A stretch of DNA of 64,000 nt from Felis catus (Eukaryota), in contig NC_058368.1 of NCBI RefSeq assembly GCF_018350175.1, forward strand, positions 159,714,001 through 159,778,000, in the 5' to 3' direction. The notes below the pieces were generated by a model. The model made no database searches and had not been told where the DNA came from. It was given only the letters and a program-made list of their open reading frames with translations. The position numbers were made by a program, and so were the translations under genes. Position 1 is the stretch's first letter; each line of letters begins with the position of its first letter. Below are positions 1 to 12,559 of the stretch, piece by piece.

Positions 1-300
1 TTCTGGATGCTTCCACATTTCTATTTTACATGATAGACATACTATGGAAACAGCTTATAGGCTACATCTTCCAGTTGTTAATAGTTTATGACCATTTTTT
101 CCCAAGAATAAATATGTTTTTATGACATGGTTCTTTAAAGGTACATATTTCATCATATGAATACAAAATTATTTGTTTACTCTCCCATTTTTGGACTTAA
201 AAAAAAAGTCCTATTATAAATAAGTCTACATTGTACAAACTTTCATTTTTTTAGAATAACTTTTTTTAGAAATAAACTTCTGGTTCTTTGGCAAGCAACT

Positions 301-784
301 TTTTTATTGAAGTATAATTGACATACAATATTATATTAGTTTCAGGTGTACAATAATTCTATACACAATGCTTACCACAATGAGTACAGTTACCATCTGT
401 CACCATACGAAGTTATTACAATATTATTGACTGTATTCCCTGTGCTGCACTTTTCATCCCTGTGACTTATTTATTTTAAAACTAGAAGTTTATACTTCTT
501 AATCCCTGTCATCTATTTTTCCCATCCCCCCGACCTCCCTCCCCTTGGGCAACCACTAGTCTGTTCTCTGTAAGTGGGAATATGTTTTTGTTTTTATTTG
601 TTTTCATTTTTCAGATTTAACATATAAATGAAATCATATGGTATTTGTTTTTCTCTGCCTGACTTATTTCACTTGGCATAGTATCCTCCAAGTCCATCCA
701 TGTTGTCACAAATGGCAAGATTTCATTCTTTTTTATAGTAGAGTAATATTCTGGTGTGTGTGTGTGTGTGTGTCCATGTATGTA

Positions 785-824
<40 letters not shown>

Positions 825-1620
825 ACATAACATTGTGTATATATACATATGTATATATATATATGTATATACACACACATATATATACATGTGCACATAT
901 ACATATATATACCATATCTTCTTTATCCATTTATGTATCAATGGATGCTTAGATTGCTTCCATACCTTGGCTATTGTAAATAATGCTGTGATAAACATGG
1001 TGGGGGGAGGGGTGGTGCAAATGTCTTTTTGAATTAGTGTTTTCCTTTTCTTTGGATAATCATATGACAATTCTATTTTTAATTTTTTGAGGAGCCTCCA
1101 TGCTGTTTACCATAGTAGCTGCTCCAGTTTAAATTCCCACCAAAAGTGCACCAACAGTTCCTTTTTCTCCGTATCCTCACCAACACCTGTTGCTTCTTGT
1201 GGTTTGGATACTAGCTACCTGACTGATTTGAGGTGGTATGTCACTGTGATTTTGATTTGCATTTCCCTGGTGATGAGTGATGTTGAGCATCTTTTTATGT
1301 GTCTTTTGGCCATCTATATTGTCTTTTTTTGGAAAAAAATGTCTATGCAGAGCCTCTGTTCATTTTTAATCAAATTACTTGGGGTTCTTCTGGTGTTGAG
1401 TTGTAAGCGTTCTTTATATATTTTGGATATTAACCCCTTATCAAATATATCATTTGCAAATATCTTCTCCAATTTGGTAGGTGACCTGTATGTTTTGCTG
1501 ATGGCTTCTATCACTGTGCAAAAGCTTCTTAGTTTGTTGTAGTCTCTATAGTTTAATTTTGCTTTTGTTTCTCTTGCCTAAAGAGACAGATCCAGAAAAA
1601 TGTTGGTAAGGCTGATGTTC
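301..1620 (-). mobile_element. L1 3' fragment (ORF2 C-terminus + 3' UTR), carnivore/L1MA-type, decayed
   Basis: Minus-strand ORFs give L1 ORF2 motifs EKIFANDIFDKGLISKIYK, MFITALFTIAKVWKQ and EYYSTIKKNEILPFVTTWMDLE in different frames; T-rich tail 'tttttattgaagtataattgac' at 301. Confidence 0.93.
753..912. repeat. Compound (TG)n/(TATG)n/(TA)n microsatellite inside the L1
   Basis: Directly visible dinucleotide runs. Confidence 0.95.
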
Positions 1621-2249
1621 AAGTGATTGCTTTGAGATAAGACAATTTCAAAGGTTTTTGAAAGCTGTTGTCATATGGTCTTTCAGAAAGTCTATCCTGT
1701 ACCAATTTGTATTTCTAGCTCAATATTTAAGTATAACTATTTATGAAACCTTTTATGCTCATATTTTACTAAAACACTTTTTTCAAGAAATTGACCACTT
1801 ATGTCTAGTTCTGCATTATAAGCAGAATGATGAAAACAACATCTAGACCTAGCCTTTTATTCTTATACTGAATGAAGGCAAACTGGAAGTTACAGTTTAA
1901 GAATGTACCTATTTCAGCCTTGTTGATATGATTTTACTCTTTGCCTTAATATCCTGACTTTTCCACACTCACAAAGTCCCCTTGGATTTGTAAAGCTTTC
2001 ACTGCTGCTGTGTCACTTCTCATTTCCTACACTAAAGGCTGCATCTAAAGATGTCTCTCTTCTTTAAGCTACCTGAGCCAGTAGAATGGAGCCAAAAATA
2101 CACACTTTGACAAAACTACCAATGCTCAGTTGGCATTGGTTATATACACACAGAAGTGAACAGGCAGGTGAGTTTTGGCTTTGGTCAGGGGTGTGCCTTC
2201 TCTGCCATGAATGTATGCAAGTCTATAAGTGGTGTGAGGTGGCTGTGGT

Positions 2250-2477
2250 CTTTTTTATTTTTAAATTTTTTTTTCAACGTTTATTTATTTTTGGGACAGA
2301 GAGAGACAGAGCATGAACGGGCGAGGGGCAGAGAGAGAGGGAGACACAGAATCGGAAACAGGCTCCAGGCTCTGAGCCATCAGCCCAGAGCCTGACGCGG
2401 GGCTCGAACCCATGGACCGCGAGATCGTGACCTGGCTGAAGTCAGACGCTTAACCGACTGCGCCACCCAGGCGCCCC
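2250..2477 (-). mobile_element. Young feliform CAN-SINE (SINEC_Fc-type)
   Basis: Reverse-complement tRNA head (ccacccaggcgcccc), CT-rich region and A tail; many CpGs retained; perfect TSD aggtggctgtggt at 2237-2249 and 2478-2490. Confidence 0.97.
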
Positions 2478-2502
2478 AGGTGGCTGTGGTTTTAATGATG
2501 AC

Positions 2503-2504
2503 CC

Positions 2505-2565
<61 letters not shown>

Positions 2566-2673
2566 CCCCTTCCCCTCCTTCTCCCTCTTTCCCCCTTCCC
2601 CTCCTTCTCCCTCTCCCCCTCCCTTTCCCTCTTTCTCTCTCCCTCTTTCTTTCTTCTTCTTGCTCTCTCTTTT
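2503..2673. repeat. (CT)n microsatellite merging into a polypyrimidine tract
   Basis: About 170 nt of almost pure C/T. Confidence 0.95.
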
Positions 2674-3678
2674 ATGATGAAAGAGTCACAAGAAAGAATG
2701 CAATCAATGAGAAAACACTCCAGTGAAGGTAGATGACAAGCAGCTGTTGCCTGATGCCCAGAAATGCACAGATGAGGCCCAGCTTTGTTTTGCATGTGAG
2801 TTCGGATGGATCACAGTCTTTAGCACAATCATTTGGGGATAATGCTTCTTTTTTTAAACTTTTGAATCTCTCAGTAAGTGAACAGTAGAAGGGAAACTTG
2901 GTCATAAGGTGATGCAGAAAGACTGAGGGTATGAGCTCACCAACATAGGCATGCCTCTATGAGTGTTTGTGGAGTTACCTTAACCTGATCAGACATGAAA
3001 TTAACTGATAGGTCACTAAATGGTCAAGAATAGAGAACACAGAAAATATAGTGCAGTAACTGAGATATTTTATGACCATGATCTTATTGTCCCTTTGACA
3101 GAAGGTAACAGACACACAGATTTATAAAAATGAAGTCTTCTGATTTTTAAGCTAAGGATCCATATTTCCAGTTGAGTACCTGCATCGACACACCTCCACA
3201 TTTCTTTTTGAAAAATAGTATTTTATTTCCCTTTGTCTTACATTTCAGCCAAGTTCCTGCATCCTTTCCTTTTTATTAACTGTGGATAGATTCCAACCCA
3301 TTCACCCTGGTAGTGAAGGGAGATTTTTCAAGCTTGTAGCAACTGTTTATCTAATTGCCTTTTAATGGGCCGCACATTATTGTTGGGTATTTGGGCTGGG
3401 ACACAATTTTAACCCTTTTAACCATTACAGTGAGTGCATCTTGAATTGGTGTGCTGTTGTTATTTACAAACTCCAAAGGCCTGTACACACACACACACAC
3501 ACCCCACATACAACACCATGGGAAAGTTAAGAGAGCTCCTATTGAAAGGAAAGGTTTTGTTTGGGCAGGGAATATCCTGACTCAAGAAAGCCAAAGTGTT
3601 CAAAAGCCAGCAGTTTTCTCAGGCTTTATTTGTCTTTGTGAAAATTCAGTCTCAAGAAAGCACACACAGACACACCTA

Positions 3679-3716
3679 CACTCACTCACTCACTCACTCA
3701 CTCACTCACTCACTCA
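3679..3716. repeat. (CACT)n tetranucleotide repeat
   Basis: Directly visible. Confidence 0.9.
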
Positions 3717-4639
3717 GTCATACCTGTACCTGGGAATCCTAGGCACTTCATAGCCTGAAGCATCATTCCCCAGTGTATGAATTGAAAAGGGCTCCCCTAA
3801 GAACCCTATACACTCACACTGCGTGTTTCAGGTTCATTGTTGTTTGGGTGATGGTTGTTGGTTTCTGTTGGACCCCAGGTGCAGAGACTTGATTTGATCA
3901 CCAGTGGTCTGGATGAAGCCCCTCAAATAGTGTGCTTAATATATATCTTTCATTTGAATGGGTGCTCTGCAAGACATTTGGAAAGTGTGTGCTATCATTC
4001 TATTAAATTTTAAAAGAGACAAAACATCTATTTCTTTCAGCTTTTAAATGTTTCAAAGCACATCTTGGGTTCTCACCTTTGTACAAAAGCCGCTTGCTCC
4101 AATACCAGCACTGTTAGAAATGAATGAATCCCCCTGGGTGACTTTTCTGTCTGGTCCTGGTCTGCCTGTTACTCTCCTAGAACAAGTCCCACAGGTCATT
4201 GCTCCTATCCTCCTGTTTCTCTTCCAGCAATTTACCAAAACGCAATGAAAATCACACACATTATTTTCAGGAATACTAACTCATGGATAGAATCAGGAAG
4301 TTTCCAACAGATTTTTCTTAATAAGCCACATTTGTCTTGACTTTTATTTGTATGTTTTTCCATATCCATCCCCTACACCCTGTGGTTTGTAGAAAGAACA
4401 CAGACTAAAACTTATGTGTAATCTGTGCTAAGTGCTTGGGAAAACAAAGAAAAATGCTTCCTCTTGAATCCCTTCATGTTATCATGTTAAGATTTAGGAA
4501 AACACATATTAGAATACAATCAAAGCAATTTTTGATTAAGAATCAAATTTTCCAGATCTTTAGTAAAAGCATTGGGGTTGATGTGGTGGTCAAACAAATC
4601 TTCACTCTAGACCTCTTTCCTTTTTGCCACAGATCCATT

Positions 4640-4760
4640 ATTTACAGATTTAACCCTAATAAACAGATGAGGAAATTGAGACTTAAAGGGTACTTACCCA
4701 TGGCCATACAAGTTTTCAGGACTGGATCTATTTTTTTTTTAACCTTAAGATCTATGCACT
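4640..4760 (-). mobile_element. MIR fragment
   Basis: MIR core 'acagatgaggaaattgagact...acttacccatggccataca'. Confidence 0.6.
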
Positions 4761-4849
4761 AAAATGGATTATCCAATGGTTTATTACTATGGTCAAAAAC
4801 TTGGTTTGACATTATAGGTATGCCTATATTACTCTTCAGTCAGTTACTC

Positions 4850-5060
4850 TTTTTTTAAGTTTATTTATTTGTTTTTGAGAAAGAGAGAGACAAGAGCAAG
4901 GGAAGGACAGAAAGAGAGAGACACAGAATCCGAAGCAGGCTTACAGGCTCCAAACTGTCAGCATAGAGCCCAATGCAGGGCCTGAACCCACAAACCATGA
5001 GATCATGGCATGAGCCAGAGCTGCATGCTTGGCCAACGGAGTCCTTTGCCCAGGCACCCC
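4850..5060 (-). mobile_element. CAN-SINE (older, CpG-decayed)
   Basis: ttttaagtttatttattt tail, GA-rich tract, head ending caggcacccc. Confidence 0.93.
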
Positions 5061-7088
5061 TATTCAGTTATCTTGTCCCATCCTATGTGCCATGTGTTGT
5101 GCTGAGCACTGGAGGTGGAGGGAGTGGCTGGCCTAGAGTCTTCTCTAGTGAGCTCGAGGTCTAAGCAAAGCCAGCAAGGTGCTTACCTGTCTAAGCTCAG
5201 GCATTCTTACTCAGGCAAAATTCAGTAAAGTGCACATCAAGGGCATCCTAAAGGGGAAAAACATGTAATCAGGAAGCCTGAAGAACAATGAACACAAAAT
5301 TGAACCCCCTTTTGGTGTACTGCAGTATCAACTGCTTTTTCTGCAAAATGAGTCTCCCATTCCTGACTACAGACATACTGGACTCAATCTCATAACTTTA
5401 GATCAAACGTGACATACTGGTACACATTTTTTTATCCTGATTACCCAAAACAATGATTTGGATTTTAGTATCCATTTCCTAATTTTATAGACATAAAAAC
5501 ACATTAGAATCGGCTTCCAGTTATGAGGAAGACTTCCTAAGATCCATGTAATGATCCATTTGTTCCACTCTTCAAAAAACTCTTCATTGAAGCCCATAAA
5601 GCAGCGATATATTAATATCAGGAAAGTGCCATTTTGAAAGTCATTTCCTAGAATTTTGTGTCCGTAACCTAGAATTTATTGCTCGTGAGGCCATAGTTAA
5701 GATTCCTAGCCTGTCTGATGCTACCAACCAGGTCATCAAATGCTATAAGCAGCATCCTAACAAAAGAGACACGATATGGAAACAAATATCGGTCAAGAGG
5801 CTCACACGGGTCACCTCCAGGTCACTCATCCACATGAGCAGCATTTTATGATTTGGTTCAGTGCTGCCCTGAGGTACACATTAACTTTAACTGAAGCGAA
5901 TTGCTGAAAATTTCCTCAGAAATGAGTCCAAGCAATTTCCCTTCTTTCTTCATTTATAATGTGTTGACATTAATTAGTGCCTAATTCCTGGAGTGTGTTC
6001 AGGCTTCAGTGACAGACAGAAAGGAACGATTTCTGAGCAGATTAGGCACACAGCCTCCTGGCACAGTTCCAGGGGATAGAGGTACAGCCTGCTGCTCTCA
6101 GGACCAGGTCCTCATCAGGCTGGCCCACATTCCTCATTAGGACCCAAAGATCTTAAAAAGAGTACAGGAAATGTTTCTACTTAATAGTAATAATCTCTTT
6201 TCCTTAAGAAACTCAAGACTCTGAGTTATTGACTAAGATCTATGAAGAGAAAAAAGGTAGAGTCACTTAATTACCATGCATGGTGTCTGAGCAAGCCAAT
6301 GTCATAAGCAGGTCTGATTCCAGCACCTTCTGGCTTTATGTTATTTTAAATTTATATATTTCTTCATGTATCCCTGATCCCACATCTGCACAAGCAGCTT
6401 CTATGTTTCAATGTAAATAAGCGTTCTAAAGGATAGCTCTATAACATCAGTTGGTCTATATTTAGATTAAAGCATGGGGAGACTGGAAGAGTACTATGGG
6501 GTATTTCATGTATATTATGTCTTCATCTAATAAAGGAGGCCCTCTCTTTGGTCAGAGAGCTGTGAGGTTCCTATGCCATTACAGAGCTTCACTGGAAAAT
6601 GTTATTAAAGGCTGCTGTTTTCCCTCATGCTACTATGTTAAGATTTTCATTTACAAACCATTTTTTGATTATTAAAAATATGGAGACAGAGAATGAACAC
6701 GTTACTAAATGGCAAATATCAGGGAAGACAACCAAAATTATGCTTTTGAAAAGCAAGTGTGAATACTACACTGATCCTAATAAGTGATATAACAGTGAAC
6801 AGCCTAGAGAAGTAGAAAAACACCCAGCAACATAAATAGAACCTGAGTGAAACAGAAAAACTGATTGAGATTTATAACATAGCCCCACTTATGAAAATTA
6901 AAAATGCAAGGACACAAAACAATACACATTTGACAAGAGCACATACAAAGATACATAACAAACACATTAGGTTATTTTTTGGAGGAAAGAAAGAAATAGG
7001 CATGGAAAATGGGAACAAGATAAGGAGATGGAGAGGCTTCCCCAGGAATATTAATTATAATGAGCTGTAAGATGAGGGATGCAATTAG

Positions 7089-7089
<1 letters not shown>

Positions 7090-7138
<49 letters not shown>
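7090..7138. repeat. (TG)n microsatellite, about 24 units
   Basis: Directly visible. Confidence 0.97.
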
Positions 7139-7141
<3 letters not shown>

Positions 7142-8734
7142 ACTAATGTCCCAAGCAATATAGACAGCTTGGAACTTTTGGCTTCCAGTTTTAATCCCAT
7201 TCTGTGCTTTATTAAGATATAAGGACTGTGAACCAGCACATCACAAACAATCTCCTTGTTATGCATGTTCATAACTATCATTGTTCATGGTATGTTTTAA
7301 ATACACAAAGCCACTTTATCACAATACTACAGAGTCACTTGTAGGAGAGGAGACTATGCCTCTGCTATACACACTGAATTCTCAGATGTGATACAGGAAA
7401 AGCGCCACTTTCATGCAGAAACAGAAAGAAGCAAGTCTTTGAATCCATGTGATTTTCTTGCATTTCTTTGAGCTCTTTTAGTTTGCTAGCATCTATTAGA
7501 GAAGTATCAGCTAAACTTGAGCAACATTCAGGCAAAAGCAAAATTACCTATTACAGTGCATTTATTTCCCAGCCGAGAAATTTAGATTCACTAGTCAGAA
7601 TATATATATTAAAGAAATATACTGTTTTTTGCAGCGAGACAAATATTCTCTTGTTATCTTAAAATTTAGCCCACAGTCCAAGGTGTGAGTGCCCATATTC
7701 ATCCAAGGCCTTTAAGATAGTCTAACATTATGAATAATTTGTCCAGAGGAGGAGGAAATAGTGATATTATTAAAGCAAGACTTCACAGCAATTGTAAAAA
7801 TAAAATCCTACTGCAAATTAATTTTTAAAACAACTAATGGATATTTTAAGCATCAGCTTTTTTTTGGTCTTTTTTTCCTACATGTTTTACGTGAAAGTTT
7901 AATATTTTAGAAGCCTTCAGATTTTATTTTACCAAAACATAATCCTTATGAATACTTACCAATAGAGACCTCTAGCCTGGAGCTTCCTTTCAGAAAATAG
8001 TCTGAATATTGAAAATTTAGCGATCCAGCTTTTAAACAGTTGAGATTGTCAAGGGGATGGGTACTCTATCATAATGGAACATTAGCTTCACTTGAAAAGT
8101 ATACATTTATGGTTCTCTTTATATAACATCATTATGATCTTTACTCCTAGCATTGTTATTCTGCAACCAGAGTATGAAAATAATACAGAATAAGTGACAA
8201 GAGAGTTCAGTTGCCAGTGACTTAGAGTTGTAAAGTTATTGGCTATTAGATTTTGAATACAACATAAAAAGGAAATTATTATCTGTCATTGTCAAAGAAA
8301 TGTAGGCTGCACTTCACACAATTAAAGTAACTTCTAATTACATGAGATTGGATTTGCTTTCTCCATAGTTCATTACAAATCGAATGAGTCAAAGAATTCA
8401 TCCATTCTTTTTTTTAAATATAATTAGACTTGTGCCTTTCTGAACAAGATATATTACATAGCTGGAATGTATGGGTCAATCTAGTGACATGCACAAAATG
8501 AAAGAAAGTTCCAGCATTACCTCCTTCAGAAGTTGGAAGTTATTTTGAATAGACTACTGGGCTTTTCTCTCCCTCCTAATGTAACTTGGCCTATACAGAT
8601 TCTTTTCACTTAAACCACTGATCCATTCCTTTAAACCCTTATTCATAAAGGAACCCTAATTGTACAATCAAAACAATATTTATTAAGCACTCACAATAGA
8701 CCAACCATTGTTCTAGACTCTGGAGGTGTGTCTC

Positions 8735-8862
8735 TAAACCACCTGCAACTGAGTTACTGGAAGTAATGCAGACAAGCTGATGACCACTCCCCAGCCCAGA
8801 CTAACTAAATCAGATCTTGAAGGGTGGGACCCAAGAATCTAAAATGTTGACAGTACTTCAGG
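8735..8862. mobile_element. MER5-like hAT-Charlie fragment
   Basis: 'cccagactaactaaatcagatcttgaagggtgggacccaagaatct' resembles the MER5A interior. Confidence 0.5.
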
Positions 8863-8872
8863 TAGGCAGGAG

Positions 8873-9030
8873 ATGAGCTAAATGGGTAAGGAATATTAAG
8901 GAGGGCATTTATTGTGATGAGCCCTGGCTGTTATACATAAGTGATGAATCACTAAATTCTACTCCTGAAACCAATGTTACACAATAGGTTAACAAACTAG
9001 AATTTAAATAAAAATTTGAAGAAAAAAAAG
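8873..9030 (+). mobile_element. Short 5'-truncated carnivore L1 3' end
   Basis: 'gtgatgagccctggctgttatacataagtgatgaatcactaaattctactcctgaaaccaat...tttaaataaaaatttgaagaaaaaaaa' is a carnivore L1 3' UTR with polyA signal and tail. Confidence 0.85.
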
Positions 9031-9469
9031 AAACATATTGAAAAAAAATGCATAATGCTAAAATGACCAAAATAATTTGTTTTGTAATATCTGTTAACAA
9101 TATTTTCTGCGTTTTTTTTTCCAAAAATAATTTAACCAGCTCTCAAAGTATCTACCTTGTCCTTAACATCAATTTGCATCTGTATCTCTATCTACCTCAA
9201 ATATATAAATTGTTAAAAAGTACTTCAAATTATTTTGAAAATCCCAATAAAAACATTTTGTGCCTGTCAACAAGGCCTAATAAAAACATGGTACAGCAGA
9301 TCCAGATCCAGACTTACAGTCAATAAAATCTGAGCAATGATTTGTGTCCTTTCTGGGATAAATCATTTAATTGGCAATGCTCTACTATCTATCTTTTCTT
9401 CTGACATGGCAAACCCCAAAACCTCATGTTGAGTTGGTTTTATCATAAAATATTAGCATCTCTACAATG

Positions 9470-9600
9470 AGTAGAACCTTCTTGCCAATCCACACTGGCC
9501 ATGTAGCATGAGCAAAAAATACATACCCGTTGTTTTAAGCCACTGAGATCTGAGGGGTTGTTTGCTACTGCACCATAACCAATTTATCCTGACTGATGCA
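9470..9600 (+). mobile_element. MLT1 (ERVL-MaLR) LTR 3' part
   Basis: 'gttgttttaagccactgagatctgaggggttgtttgctactgcaccataacc...tcctgactgatgca' is a typical MLT1 terminus. Confidence 0.75.
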
Positions 9601-9714
9601 AATGATACATCTTCCATAATTTTTCCTATAGGGAGTGTCGTTATCACACATCTTTTACTAAAAAAAAAAAACTGTGTTAAAATTTTTCCATGTGAAAATC
9701 TACAGATAGAGCTT

Positions 9715-10015
9715 GTCATACAGAGGTAACAGCAAGAGCAAAGATCCTAATACCACAATGAACTTGCCACATTTGTAGAAGAGAAAAAAAAGGCCAATGT
9801 AACTAAAGAATATGGGAGGGTAGTGGAAAGTGGTGGAGGAGAGTGGTAAGAGGTAACATCTGAGAATTTGTTAGAGATCAGATTATGTAGGCTTTGTGAG
9901 CCCTGATAAACACTTTAGATTTTATTCTTTGTACATTGGATGCCACTGAAAAATTTTAAGCAAGAAACTATACAGTATGAATTACATTTCCAACAGATCA
10001 CTCTGAATACCTGGA
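9715..10015 (-). mobile_element. L2 fragment
   Basis: 'cagattatgtaggctttgtgagcc...tttagattttattct...gccactgaaaaattttaagcaag...agatcactctg' resembles the L2 3' region. Confidence 0.7.
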
Positions 10016-10039
10016 GGACAGTGCAGAGGAGAACAAACC

Positions 10040-10266
10040 TTTTTTTTATTATTATTATTTTTAATGTTTTATTTATTTTTGAGAGACAGAGAGACAGAAC
10101 ATGAGCCAGGGAGAGGCAGAGAGAGAGGGAGACACAGAATCTGAGCAGGCTCCAGGCTCTGAGTTGTCAGCACAGAGCCCGACGCCTGGCTCGAACCCAT
10201 GAACTGTGAGATCATGACATGAGCCAAAGTCGGACTCTCAACTGACTGAGCCATCCAGGCGCCCCC
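10040..10266 (-). mobile_element. CAN-SINE
   Basis: Full head, CT tract and tail; TSD aggagaacaaacc (10027-10039) and aggagcacaaacc (10267-10279), 12/13 match. Confidence 0.96.
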
Positions 10267-11063
10267 AGGAGCACAAACCATCTTAACTTTAGTCTTTAGT
10301 CCACTTTATTTGTGTTCCCTATGCAGTCAAATTTAATTTAGGTTTTATTAAAATATTATTTCTCCAAAGTCCCAGCAATACTTCTTGCTTCATTTAACAA
10401 ACAATTTAAGGGCTTTTTACATGACAGACACTGTGATGCAAAGATAATTGGGATGACATATCAAGACCCTGTGGGGAATCTCACCTTCTTTCCAGTGAGT
10501 CCTTCCTTTGTCTTCAGCTACCATCAATCTTCTTTGTTTACAGACTTCCCTGTAAATTCCTCAACTTTCTTGGTTCCTTGTCCCTCCACCCACATGCCCT
10601 TTCCCCCATGTTTAACACCACTGACCTGACCTTGACTTCAAAGATGTATCCTCTTGGGACTGTCAGAGACTTGGCCCTTTAGAACTTGAGGTGTGTGTTT
10701 GTTTGTTTGTTTGTTTGTTTGTCACCATCCATGAAGGGTGTGTGGGCAGTGTGGGAGTGTGAGAATTATAGGAAACAATCAGATCCCCATGTTGAGCTGA
10801 AATCCTTACTGAGCTCTGCTGTGCTGTGGCATCAGAGGAGGAAGAGGTACACTTTCTACAAATTGCAACAAGTCACCTGATCAGCACAATTCTCCCCTTT
10901 ATAGCTGCTGCAATAGTTAGAAACCTAGGTGCATCATATACTTCAGGCCCCATAAAACCACTGTTGCCCCCTAAATAGCTCGGGATAGAGGGGGCTGCCT
11001 TTCACAGCCTATCAAAATCCATTTGGAAAGCCATCCCCTTCATTCATCATTTGTAAATACATA

Positions 11064-12323
11064 CAGGCAGTCCTTTCTTTGCACATTTCCAATATACACC
11101 TTTCAGTTACCATGGCATAGCTAAATTGCTCTGATCCCTGACAACCTGGCTCACATTTCTATTACCACAGTACATTAACTGTGAGTAATTTGTATAAAGT
11201 GCAAATTTTGCAGCTAATTTTTTAGTCCACAAATCACTGCATGAATAACAGAGGCATATCCTGATCAATGGTCAATCATGTCATTTCTTTCAAAATTTGT
11301 CAGTGATTGGTTGGTTACTGTCTATGTTATTCAATTCATGCACAGGCAGCAAAGCATATAGTTTTGCCTCTTTGCCTCCCAGTGATATATCCATGTGAAA
11401 TTTTACAATAATGGATAATTAAGAGAAGGACTTGACCAATGAAGACGAAAGTACAGCAAAGAAATGAAAAGTAATACTGCTGAAAGTGAAATCTAACATT
11501 ATGGAGTTATAGGAGAAATAGGTAGTGGTGGTAATCTTGATACTACCACTGGTGGACATGCTCTAGGTGTGCAGTCAGAGGAGTTTAGGGAAGGCAAACA
11601 TCTGGACATAAATGAGGAAAATGGTGACAAACAGGATGCAGGTGTCCCAGAGGAAATGCCCGATGTTGGCAAAACCCTTCATGTGAAAGGCACTCTCAGC
11701 GATAATACCGCACATTGAAAGAGCCAATGATTAAATGTTAGAAGCTGATCAAAATTTGCCAAGGCAACGAAAAGATGCCTTGAATACATCGTAAGTTATT
11801 TACAAGAAGAAGGCAAGCATTGTTCAAACAACTTCTGATGACTTTTTTATAAGGAAATAAAACATGGAATTCTCAATATCTGTAATATGTTACATTACAA
11901 TGTACTGAATAAGCATTACTTTTGTTATTCTTTTCATTTCATTATACAGTACTTTTATATGTTTTAAGTTTATTTATTTATTTTGAGAGAGTGCAAGTGG
12001 GGAAGGGGCATAAAGAAAGAAGGAGAGAGAGAGAATCCCACGCAGGGTCCTCATTGTCAGCGCAGAGCCCAATGCGGGGCTCTAACTCACCAACCGTGAG
12101 ATCATGACCTGAGCTGAAGTGGATGCTTAACTGATTAAGCCACTCAGGTGCCCCAATAGTACCTTTATAACAGATAGAGAATTTTCAATTTTTGGTAGAA
12201 ATTTTTAAAGGTCATGGAACAATCTTACATTTTCTCATTCATTATGAGTATTACTTTGTATGGTTGCAATCAGCATGGCTGTTTTCACAGTCCTGCACTC
12301 CTGTTCAAAGCGAGAATTACCTG
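11064..12323 (+). mobile_element. TcMar-Tigger non-autonomous DNA transposon (internally deleted), interrupted by a SINE
   Basis: TA flanks at 11062-63 and 12324-25; TIRs caggcagtcctttctttgca vs (reverse complement) caggtaattctcgctttgaa; decayed transposase remnants KK*KVILLKVK near 11459 and HIERAND*MLEADQN near 11711. Confidence 0.85.
11958..12154 (-). mobile_element. CAN-SINE nested in the Tigger
   Basis: Tail, GA tract and head ending caggtgcccc; degenerate TSD acagtactttta / atagtaccttta. Confidence 0.93.
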
Positions 12324-12559
12324 TACTGAGAAACTCAGCATGAATCCATATTTCCTTCTCTCTCTATTCTATGGAGGTTGTAGCTTCTGTTTAAATGTAT
12401 TTTGTCTTAGAAGCTTGTTTTTATTCCCCTGTGTTGTTCTCTAATGCTGGTAAGTGATTTCAAATATAATAATTTTATGGGGATAATCTTGCTAGAATAT
12501 AGAGCTTGTATATGCTACTCACTCAATTCCTTTCAAAATTTTCTCTGTTAGCTAAAAAC

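Noticed and set aside
617..1542. Several 65-151 aa ORFs
   Set aside because: They are read-throughs of a microsatellite and of sense/antisense decayed L1 ORF2, not genes.
2442..2795. 117-aa Arg/Glu-rich ORF
   Set aside because: It is the translation of the (GA)n tract and the SINE head.
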